Assembly (NCBI GenBank): GCA_016839805.1
Contig: JAEOTO010000008.1
Coordinates: 6,421-70,420 of the forward strand
Length of the DNA stretch: 64,000 nt
Origin: Candidatus Hermodarchaeota archaeon
Lineage (GTDB): Archaea; Asgardarchaeota; Hermodarchaeia; Hermodarchaeales; Hermodarchaeaceae
Reading direction: 5' to 3'
Part shown: in pieces, positions 50,339 to 58,631 of the stretch
Numbering within the stretch: the first letter of the stretch is position 1
Layout: every line of letters begins with the position of its first letter
Translations under genes and position numbers: made by a program
Notes under the pieces: generated by a model
What the model saw: only the letters and a program-made list of their open reading frames with translations
Databases searched by the model: none
Told to the model about the DNA's origin: nothing

Positions 50339-50533
50339 CCTCTACACCTACGATTACCAGCAGGAGTTACCTCGAGTGGGAAACGGGTCCAGCATATCCG
50401 ATTTCAGTTTTAAGTGGCTGGCATGTACAAATTTTCCCATTAGAAGTTTCCGGTATATGCAGAAAGAACTAATTGAATGCTAATTTGCGATTGTTGAACC
50501 ATAGTATTCATAATATTATGAAAATAAGACATT

Positions 50534-51475
50534 CTATAGTTTTGAAATCACTGATTTTCCTATGGTTTTGATATGCTCGATTTCTTCTTTATGAGGAAAC
50601 ATAAGTACGACGTGTGAAACGCCTATCTGCTTGAATTCACGAAGCCTAGATAGCATATGATTTGTTGATCCCCAGAGTGCTTGAGAAATCCGTTTTCGAT
50701 AATCACTCGCTGACACCTTCCTTGCTTTGGCATTTTCGATGATTGCTGTTTCCATATCTTCCTCTGTTTCGAAAGCCCTCGTCCACAATCCTACTGACTT
50801 CATGATGTCAGCGGCATTACGTTTATACTGCTTGCAATATTGCGCCAAATGTTGGAATCGTTTGTCTAAATCTTTAGGGGTAGTCATCCAAGCGACGTTT
50901 ATTCCATCGCCATATTTCGCTGTGGTCCGAAGTATCATTTCTTTGCCTTCTTGGGCACCTATCCAAATAGGCATGGGTTTCTGTACGGGTTTGGGATAAG
51001 AAATTACATCTTCAACGTGGTAATGGTCTCCTTTGAAGGTAAATCGTTCATTTGTCCAGATACCGCGAATAATTTGTACAGCATCTTCTAGCTGTTTAAT
51101 CCGTGTTTTTCCTGAAGGGAACGGGTATCCATAAGCTTTGTATTCGATTTCTTTCCAGCCTGCACCGATTCCAAACTCGAATCGCCCATTTGACAGTACA
51201 TCTAATGAGGCTGCCATTTTCGCGGTTAGCGCTGGATTTCGATAACTCTGGCAAAAAACCATGCTACCTACTCGTACCTTTGTATTGTGCTGAGTAAGTG
51301 CAGCCATAACTAACCAGGGATCAAGTAGAACCCGATCAATAGAATCCTTGTCGAGCATGAAATGATCAGAAAACCACACCGTTGAAAATCCATTTTGTAA
51401 CGCAGCCTCAGTTATTTCAAGAATATCTTCAAACGTGTAACTGAATTGAGGTTCGATTTGTACACCAAATTCCAT
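50534..51475 (-). CDS. luciferase-like monooxygenase-family (LLM, probably F420-dependent) oxidoreductase
   Basis: TIM-barrel LLM motifs: FSTVWFSDHF and GRFEFGIGAGW. Confidence 0.75.
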   Translation of the reverse strand: MEFGVQIEPQFSYTFEDILEITEAALQNGFSTVWFSDHFMLDKDSIDRVLLDPWLVMAALTQHNTKVRVGSMVFCQSYRNPALTAKMAASLDVLSNGRFEFGIGAGWKEIEYKAYGYPFPSGKTRIKQLEDAVQIIRGIWTNERFTFKGDHYHVEDVISYPKPVQKPMPIWIGAQEGKEMILRTTAKYGDGINVAWMTTPKDLDKRFQHLAQYCKQYKRNAADIMKSVGLWTRAFETEEDMETAIIENAKARKVSASDYRKRISQALWGSTNHMLSRLREFKQIGVSHVVLMFPHKEEIEHIKTIGKSVISKL

Positions 51476-51592
51476 CAGTATAACACCTTTCCTTTAAAAT
51501 ATCAAGAACACAAACACGGTTGGTGAGGACACCTTAAATAGTATTATTTTACAAGCGCTAAGTCGATTCAATAACTAAAGGGGCGAGCCATT

Positions 51593-53017
51593 ATGCTGGA
51601 AACGCTACAAGCGGCCGTTTCGTATGGTGAGAAACTGGGCGCTGATTTTGTTGAGGCACGATTTGATGATTTGACATTACGAACATTAAGACGAATCAAT
51701 GATACTTGGAAAGATATCATCCTAAAATCTCGAACTGGAGTCGGGATAACATGTTACTATGATGCAACACCGGGCTATTCCTTTACTGCAAGTGAGGACA
51801 AAGAGGATGTAAACGAGACTGTAAAACGAGCGTATAAAATGGCAAAGGCGGCTTCTACTGCTGCGTCCTTGAAATTAGATTTTAATGAACGACCTGCAGT
51901 AAAAAGCCAACCGTCAGATACTTTCAATGTCAAAGTCCATCCCAGAACTAAAGATTTAGATTTTAAAATGGATTTGATTAATCGGATGGTGGAATCTGCG
52001 CGTGAAGCGGGTAAAGATATTCAAAATGTCACAGGTCGCTATGGAGAACTTTTTGGTCAAAAAATCTTCACAAATAGTGAGGGATCTGATATCAACTGGG
52101 ATTTCCTTGTAGTTGATTTACCCTGTCGTGTCACCTCAAAAACCAGTACTGGCGCATTGGTATTTGGTTCTGAACGAAAGGCTGGAACTCTAGGCTTAGA
52201 AATTTACAAACAGAAGGGGTTTACTCCAGAAGAAATCGGAAAAGCTGCTGGAGAATTTGCCGCTGAGCAAATCACTGCTAAGGCGTGTCCTGCAGGGAAA
52301 TTTACAGCATTAACGGATAACGATTTGACAGGCGTATTAGCTCATGAATCCTTTGGGCACCTCAGTGAAGCGGATTTCGTGGTGATGGGGATGTCACCAC
52401 TTGTAGATAAGATTGGTACGCGACTGGGAACCAAGCATGCCACTATCGTAGATGGAGGAGTTCCTAATATCACGAAGAACGGTGGATTATGGATTCCTTA
52501 TGATGACCAGGGAACAAAGGCGAATATGACTACAATTCTCGATAAAGGAATTCTTCGGCATTATCTCCAGAACCGTGGAACCGCCAAGAATTTGAATCAA
52601 GAACCGACTGGTAATTGTCGAGCAGTCCACTTTGGGTTTATACCTATTCCACGCATGACTAATACCTATTTTATGCCAGGCGATTTAACCAAAGAAGAAG
52701 CTCTTGAACAACTCGGAACTGGAATCTATGCCATCCAGACCTCAGGTGGACAAGTAGAAGGAGATGGCAGTTTTCTTTTCAAGGCAGATAGGGGATATTG
52801 GGTCGAACATGGAAAAATTCAACACCCAATTCGCGAGGTGTCATTATCTGGCAATATCCTTCAACTTCTGACACAAGTCGAAGGTGCAACCCGGGATCTG
52901 TCCCTTATGGGAACATATTTTGGTGGTTGTGGCAAGGGGGGACAACACCCACTCCCATGTGGATTAGGAGGACCAAAACTCTTGATCAAGGATGTAACAT
53001 TTGGAGGACAAGCTTAG
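51593..53017 (+). CDS. tldD: TldD-family metalloprotease
   Basis: An HESFGH zinc motif (LAHESFGHLSEADF) and a C-terminal GGxGxG-rich region. Confidence 0.85.
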   Translation: MLETLQAAVSYGEKLGADFVEARFDDLTLRTLRRINDTWKDIILKSRTGVGITCYYDATPGYSFTASEDKEDVNETVKRAYKMAKAASTAASLKLDFNERPAVKSQPSDTFNVKVHPRTKDLDFKMDLINRMVESAREAGKDIQNVTGRYGELFGQKIFTNSEGSDINWDFLVVDLPCRVTSKTSTGALVFGSERKAGTLGLEIYKQKGFTPEEIGKAAGEFAAEQITAKACPAGKFTALTDNDLTGVLAHESFGHLSEADFVVMGMSPLVDKIGTRLGTKHATIVDGGVPNITKNGGLWIPYDDQGTKANMTTILDKGILRHYLQNRGTAKNLNQEPTGNCRAVHFGFIPIPRMTNTYFMPGDLTKEEALEQLGTGIYAIQTSGGQVEGDGSFLFKADRGYWVEHGKIQHPIREVSLSGNILQLLTQVEGATRDLSLMGTYFGGCGKGGQHPLPCGLGGPKLLIKDVTFGGQA

Positions 53018-53035
53018 AGGAAGGAGGCAGCAACC

Positions 53036-54427
53036 ATGAAATATGATAAAATTAAGGATACATTACTATCGGAAGTGGATAGTGGACTCAAATTTGCGCA
53101 GTCTCTAGATAATGCAGCGGAGTTTGAGCTATTTCTTTATTATCGGAGTAATTCAAACGTCGAGATTCGACAGGGCGTAGTCAAGGCTACAGATGGAATT
53201 GTAGCAGGGAACGCTATTCGTGCTGCGAAAGACCAGAGAGTAAGCTTCTCTTCATCGAGTGGAATTACTCCTGATCGCATCAAAAGGAGTGTGCGAGAAG
53301 CCATTGCTAGCCTCAAAGCTACTTCAGAAAAAGATACCCGTTTTCAAGGATTCTGTGAACCTAAACCACCCGGAAAAGAAGGGAAATTTGCTTCTAAGAT
53401 TCTTGAGTTAACTACTGATGATTTAGTGAAATTCACGTTACAAATCATTGGTGATATGAGCACCGTGAATGGTCGCATCCTTGCGGCAGCTGATTCAAAT
53501 ATTAGCTGGGGGGGATTTGCCATTGGTAACACTCGAGGTCTTCAAGAGGTATCATGTTCTGTATATAATGCCGGTAGTGCATATGCGATGGCAATTGATG
53601 GTGAAGAACGCCGAACGGCTTGGGAGGCATTAGTTACGAGAGAAAAGCCCCTGGATGTAACAGGATTAGGTGAAAAAGCAGCAACCAAAGCAAGGAGTTT
53701 ACTTGGAGCTAAGAAGCTAAACCAAACCACTGTGTTACCAACTCTTTGGGTGCCAGAGGCTGCAGCTAGTTACGTTCTATCAAGTCTGCAACAGTCAGCG
53801 AAGGGAAACAATGTTGTTGAAGGATTATCTCCAATAGCAGAGAAACTTGGAGAAAAAATTGCCGGATCCAGTTTCACTTTAGTTGATGATGGACAAAATC
53901 CGCTGGGTATCGAGACAGAAGCCATTGACGCAGAGGGATACCCACAGAAGCGAACTACCATCATTAAACAGGGAGTTCTCAAGCAGTTTCTATTCGATTC
54001 ATATTATGGTCAGATTGCTGAAAAACCTCTAACAGGAAATAGTTCCCGAGCAGGAGGACCATTTGGTTCTAGCTTGTGTTATGAATACACTCCAACAATT
54101 ATTGGAAAGAATTTGGAGGTCTCCCCAGGAACGAAGACAGAAGATGAACTTATCGCATCAATTGATGGACAGGCACTTCTCATTGTTGATGTGCCAATAG
54201 GTATTTTTCATAGCGATGTAGCCACAGGTGAATTCTCGGCTGTAGCAAGTTCAGTTTTTCTTATTGAAAATGGCGAGAAAAAAATGCCGCTAGAGCCAAT
54301 ATCAGTTGCAGGAAGTTTCTACAAAGGTCTAGAGCAATTACAAGGAATTGGAAACAACGCGGTTATGACTTCACTCCTCGTAAAAACACCCAGTCTCCTC
54401 ATAGATGGCTTCTCAGTTACCGGCTAA
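53036..54427 (+). CDS. pmbA: PmbA/TldE-family protein (TldD partner)
   Basis: Paralogous fold lacking the HExxxH motif, 18 nt downstream of tldD. Confidence 0.8.
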   Translation: MKYDKIKDTLLSEVDSGLKFAQSLDNAAEFELFLYYRSNSNVEIRQGVVKATDGIVAGNAIRAAKDQRVSFSSSSGITPDRIKRSVREAIASLKATSEKDTRFQGFCEPKPPGKEGKFASKILELTTDDLVKFTLQIIGDMSTVNGRILAAADSNISWGGFAIGNTRGLQEVSCSVYNAGSAYAMAIDGEERRTAWEALVTREKPLDVTGLGEKAATKARSLLGAKKLNQTTVLPTLWVPEAAASYVLSSLQQSAKGNNVVEGLSPIAEKLGEKIAGSSFTLVDDGQNPLGIETEAIDAEGYPQKRTTIIKQGVLKQFLFDSYYGQIAEKPLTGNSSRAGGPFGSSLCYEYTPTIIGKNLEVSPGTKTEDELIASIDGQALLIVDVPIGIFHSDVATGEFSAVASSVFLIENGEKKMPLEPISVAGSFYKGLEQLQGIGNNAVMTSLLVKTPSLLIDGFSVTG

Positions 54428-54534
54428 ATTCTCCGATTCCATTAAAACTCCTCCTGTCACCGGATGAACCGATTGGAAACCATAATTTTTATCGAAGTAG
54501 AAGTACTCGGTTCACCTAGAGGAGTTATATCCCG

Positions 54535-55590
54535 ATGCCCTTATCGCTTGGTCAAATTGTTTCAGAGGTTAAAGATTATTGGGGATTACGACGAAAACAG
54601 CCCATTGGGAAATTAGTAAAAATTCTACGGAAAGAGGGGTTCAAATGTCCTCACGTTTTATCCTCAATTGGTGAAGATTCCGCTGCGATAGACCTCGGTG
54701 GAGACCGCTTAATTCTGCTTTCCACCGATGCTGTGATACCAGAACTTGCGAAATCTCATCCGTATATTGCTGGCTACGCAGCGATCTTAGTAAATGTCAA
54801 TGACATCTATGCCGCAGGGGGTCGTCCAATCGTCGCCATGGTTAACATTGCCTTTACAAAAATTAATGATGGCGTTGAAATCATGGAGGGTATATGTGAA
54901 GCAGGTCGAAAATTTCATGTTGAAGTAGTCCGCGGGCACACCACCCCTAACGCTCCGGTTAATGGTGTAAGTGCGTCTATATGCGGAACCGTTCCTCGTG
55001 ATGCTTACATTAGTGCAGGTGGGGCTAAGCTCGCAGATCGCCTAATCTTAGCATTAGATTTGGAGGGACGAGTCTCACCTAATTATGAGTATGGTTGGGA
55101 TACAACAGCTCTCAAAACCTCTGATGCCATTCTTCAACGCTATGAATCGATGCGTCTCCTTGCCGAAAAACGACTTCTTCATGCATCCAAGGATTTGAGT
55201 AATGGTGGGATTATTGGCACCACTCTTCTTATGTTAGAATATGCACAAAAGGGAGCAATAATCGATTTAGCATCAATTGCTACTCCAGTTGATTTGGATT
55301 TGGCGACATGGTTGAAGATGTATATTTCTACGGGGTTTATCGTTACAACACCAAAAGGTAACGTCGAAGAAGTTGTGGGAATCTTCGAGGATCATAGTCT
55401 TAGCGCAACGGATATTGGAGAGATCAATGAGAGTAAAAAAATGGTCGTTGAACTGGGTGAAGAATCCACTACAATTTTTGATTTCGAAAAAGAGTCAATC
55501 GTTGCACCTCCACCACCTCCTCAACTGGACCGTCTGACGACACAAAAACTAAAGCGACAAAAAAGAAAAAGTGACCCTAACAATAAATAA
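54535..55590 (+). CDS. AIR-synthase-related (PurM/ThiL/HypE superfamily) protein with C-terminal Pro-rich/basic tail
   Basis: SSIGEDSAAIDLGGDRLILLSTDAV..., then AILVNVNDIYAAGGRPI..., then RGHTT match the PurM-like N-domain motifs. The tail reads PPPPPQLDRLTTQKLKRQKRKSDPNNK. Confidence 0.65.
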   Translation: MPLSLGQIVSEVKDYWGLRRKQPIGKLVKILRKEGFKCPHVLSSIGEDSAAIDLGGDRLILLSTDAVIPELAKSHPYIAGYAAILVNVNDIYAAGGRPIVAMVNIAFTKINDGVEIMEGICEAGRKFHVEVVRGHTTPNAPVNGVSASICGTVPRDAYISAGGAKLADRLILALDLEGRVSPNYEYGWDTTALKTSDAILQRYESMRLLAEKRLLHASKDLSNGGIIGTTLLMLEYAQKGAIIDLASIATPVDLDLATWLKMYISTGFIVTTPKGNVEEVVGIFEDHSLSATDIGEINESKKMVVELGEESTTIFDFEKESIVAPPPPPQLDRLTTQKLKRQKRKSDPNNK

Positions 55591-55624
55591 TAGAAACAGT
55601 AATCACTGTACATATGGACAGCGA

Positions 55625-56236
55625 ATGGTGAGAACAATGGCTGCTAAAGAAAATGAGCGAGATTACCCAGCTGAAGCATCTAAAGCTGTAAAGAAAGTTC
55701 AGACAATCGTTAAACAGATGAACAAAGAACTTGTAGAACAGCGGAGCCTTAGGGCTACGGCTGAAGCTCGTGTTGAAGAACTTATGAAAGAAATTCAACT
55801 TCAGGCTTCAAAAGGTGAACGCTTAGAACGGACTATTAGTGAATTAAGAGAAACCGCGAACCAAAGCTCTGAATTGATAACGAAAAATCGTGCTCTTCAG
55901 GCAGAAGTTGATGCTATTCAAACCCAGCTAGAAAAAATGTCAAAAACGTATAAAGAACTAGTTTCTGAAACAGAAGCTTCAATTCCCGTTCAAGAGCTTC
56001 TTGCCTTATACATTGCTCTACTTGAAGACGTCTTCTACGCCCAGCCCCACGCCAAGACTCTGTTCCTTCTACATGGAAGAAAGAAGGAGATGAGCCGTGA
56101 TGAAATAACAAAGACAGCAGGCCATGAAGCAACAGCTATTAGAAAGGCACTTGGTGATCTCTCGCGGGCAGAACTAATCGATTATGATGTGGAAACAGGA
56201 AGGGCTAGCCTAAAGAAACGCTTGTATCCAACTTAA
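55625..56236 (+). CDS. coiled-coil protein with C-terminal winged helix-turn-helix
   Basis: Residues about 30-130 have heptad-like charged repeats (EELMKEIQLQASKGERLERTISELRETANQ...). The C-terminus EMSRDEITKTAGHEATAIRKALGDLSRAELIDYDVETG has a wHTH pattern. The listed ORF starts at 55571, and the start was chosen at the MVRTMAAKE Met. Confidence 0.5.
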   Translation: MVRTMAAKENERDYPAEASKAVKKVQTIVKQMNKELVEQRSLRATAEARVEELMKEIQLQASKGERLERTISELRETANQSSELITKNRALQAEVDAIQTQLEKMSKTYKELVSETEASIPVQELLALYIALLEDVFYAQPHAKTLFLLHGRKKEMSRDEITKTAGHEATAIRKALGDLSRAELIDYDVETGRASLKKRLYPT

Positions 56237-57243
56237 ACCTTCATATCCGCGAGAAGCTGATTGAAACGCGGTAAACTGTGTAGACTAGCCGCAAGGGAGC
56301 AGATATACCGACTGAGCTCTAGATTTATTATGCGCTCCACATCAGAAAGGGTTTTACTTTCAGTAGCACGATCTACGAGTTCTCTAGCACTGCGATAAAT
56401 GACCCCCACGACACGCTTCTCTATATCAGGAGGCCCCCAATCAAAGCCGCCAAGGTTTCGTTTTGCCTCGTTGAGGCTGGGTTTCAATGAATTGTTTTTC
56501 AATGCATTAGCTAACTGTTCGTAGAATTCGGTTGCAACACTAACGATTTTGTTGCGTTCACGACTAGTCAAATCTGTTCCTATAGAACCTTTCCTGGCCA
56601 ACTCTTGAAGGAGCCCCGCACAGGGTGCTTCAGCAAGAAATCGTCGGATAAGATCATAGAATAGCTGGCTTGCAATCCGAGAAACCTCTGTAATTACCTC
56701 ACGGGGTTCACTATATCGGAAAAGCTCACGACAACTTTCAAACCAAAAATTTGGTAAGAGAATATGACTCCGGCTTGAATATTTATCTATTAATTGCTGA
56801 AGTGGGGGAAGGAGTTTTTCAGGATCATGAATTGAAAGCCGGCGCTGGAATGGTTTTCCGGTAAGACCAGCAAGATCCTGGGTTGCTTCCATAACTAATT
56901 GTTGAGCCGTAGCAATAGGTTCTTTTACTTTCTCTTTTGAAACTTTAACTTCTCGGGATTCAGCTAACGAATCTAAAGCTTGCTCAATTCGACCGAGGTG
57001 AGTTAAAATGACATTAATGGTGTCATCAACGAAGGAGGAGCCCGATATTGCAGTATTGTTCTTTGATTCAGCAAGAGTTTGCTTTACTGAATCGCGAACA
57101 GCTCGAACGCCATTAGAAAGTTGATTAATCTGTTGAGGGCTTAGGTCCCCTTCCGCTTCAATTGTGATCAGCGCATGAATTAATGTGGAATTCACTGTTG
57201 TGAGGATTAGGATACGTTCCAGCAATTCTTCTGCTGTTATCAT
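56233..57243 (-). CDS. alpha-helical hypothetical protein, third gene of the tubulin-like operon
   Basis: 336 aa. A strong SD-like element GGGGAGG lies 10 nt upstream of the ATG at 57243. It is 26 nt downstream of the GTPase gene. No family recognised. Confidence 0.55.
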   Translation of the reverse strand: MITAEELLERILILTTVNSTLIHALITIEAEGDLSPQQINQLSNGVRAVRDSVKQTLAESKNNTAISGSSFVDDTINVILTHLGRIEQALDSLAESREVKVSKEKVKEPIATAQQLVMEATQDLAGLTGKPFQRRLSIHDPEKLLPPLQQLIDKYSSRSHILLPNFWFESCRELFRYSEPREVITEVSRIASQLFYDLIRRFLAEAPCAGLLQELARKGSIGTDLTSRERNKIVSVATEFYEQLANALKNNSLKPSLNEAKRNLGGFDWGPPDIEKRVVGVIYRSARELVDRATESKTLSDVERIINLELSRYICSLAASLHSLPRFNQLLADMKV

Positions 57244-57269
57244 CCTTTTTCCTCCCCTTTAACACAAAG

Positions 57270-58625
57270 CTATTTCAGTTCAAGATTGAAAAGTTCGGCA
57301 ACATCTCGTATGGCTGCACGGAGAACTTCTTCGGTGACGCCCTTGGATTTCTTAAACCATCCTCTACGGAGTGGCGATGGGCCAGCATGTAGGTCAACAA
57401 GTTCTGTTGCAGAGTTGACAAGATCTGCAATTTCAGGGATTTGTGGAAGTCCTAAGAGAAGAAGAAGGTCTGTTGGATGAACTTCCTCCTCATAGGAGAT
57501 AAAACAGGGTGTAACTGCGGCTCCCTTGGCTGTGTAGGGACGGAGTGCGCTTTTGATATGAGGATCATATTCAGCTCGTGCATAATCACGTGTACCTGAG
57601 AAATTATAGTAGGCTGATGAAGCTCCAGGTTCTGAGCCTATTTCAGCAAAACTACAGTGTTCAACTGCGTATTTGACCATGGTCTTCAGTTGGGTGGGGA
57701 TATTACCTGCAGTAGGGATTAAACTAACATCTGTATAAAGACAGGGGACTACGATGGGATCTAGTTTTCGCGCATAATCAGCTATGTCAGTTGTTGGAAA
57801 GACTTCTTTTCCAGGTTCTACAACACCGGGGCTTAGCATATGCTCCACGAAGCGAAGTGCCAGTGGGTTAACCAGTTCTACAAAGGCTGATTCTTGAGCT
57901 TTCGAGATTTCATCAGCACCATCTACTGTGGAGGGAACCATTCCTTCAACATCAGTGACTTTTGCGACATCAATTTGTAACTGGCGTTGTAAGAAGTCCG
58001 CCACTTCTCCTTCGCGCCATGCTAGGATCCGTCGTAACATTGCGCGGTTACTTAGGAGACATACGAGATCAGCTCCTCGATCCTCAAGTTGACCGCGGAG
58101 AAGTTTGGAAAGAGACCACATAGTATTGAGAGCTTCTGAGGTTTGATCTTTGAAGGGAAGAACGGTAAACACGTAAACAAAGATTCGTCGACCTTCTTCC
58201 TCCTGGAAACGTTCTTTGAGAATTTCAATGAGAGCTGGAGCACCACCACAGCCTGTGCCACCTCCAGAAGAAGTGAAGATCACGAATCCTGAGACGCCTT
58301 CAAAACCAAGCTGAGTAAGTTGGCCCATTATTACCTCTTTGAAGTCGTGGACGTAATTATAACCGTCAGTAAAGTTACCACCACAACCAATATCTGAAGC
58401 ACCGTAAAGTAACGTGTTTTCTTTGGGGATTCCGTACTTGTGACGTAATTTTAGAATATCTGAGCGATCAGTATTTATGCAAAGATAACCACGAATACGA
58501 GGTGGTAACATTCGTTCGCGAGCCTGTTTAAGATAGGCACCAACGAGATTACTTCCACATTCACCAATTCCGATGGCAAATACTTCTGCTATCCGGGGAG
58601 CATCATCTGTTGCTTCCATAGTCAA
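57270..58625 (-). CDS. divergent FtsZ/tubulin-superfamily GTPase
   Basis: T1 is AIGIGECGSNLVG (tubulin-like GxCGxN). An NTD segment reads CINTDRSDIL. T3 is GASDIGCGGNFTDGY. T4 is FTSSGGGTGCGGAPALIEILKE. T5/H5 is TVLPFKDQ...ADLVCLLSNRAML (FtsZ PNDKLL equivalent). T7 is GMVPSTVDGADE, with both Asp of NxDxxD retained. There is a divergent C-terminal domain of about 200 aa. The start is either TTG at 58625 or ATG two codons downstream. Confidence 0.8.
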   Translation of the reverse strand: MTMEATDDAPRIAEVFAIGIGECGSNLVGAYLKQARERMLPPRIRGYLCINTDRSDILKLRHKYGIPKENTLLYGASDIGCGGNFTDGYNYVHDFKEVIMGQLTQLGFEGVSGFVIFTSSGGGTGCGGAPALIEILKERFQEEEGRRIFVYVFTVLPFKDQTSEALNTMWSLSKLLRGQLEDRGADLVCLLSNRAMLRRILAWREGEVADFLQRQLQIDVAKVTDVEGMVPSTVDGADEISKAQESAFVELVNPLALRFVEHMLSPGVVEPGKEVFPTTDIADYARKLDPIVVPCLYTDVSLIPTAGNIPTQLKTMVKYAVEHCSFAEIGSEPGASSAYYNFSGTRDYARAEYDPHIKSALRPYTAKGAAVTPCFISYEEEVHPTDLLLLLGLPQIPEIADLVNSATELVDLHAGPSPLRRGWFKKSKGVTEEVLRAAIRDVAELFNLELK

Positions 58626-58631
58626 TCAACT

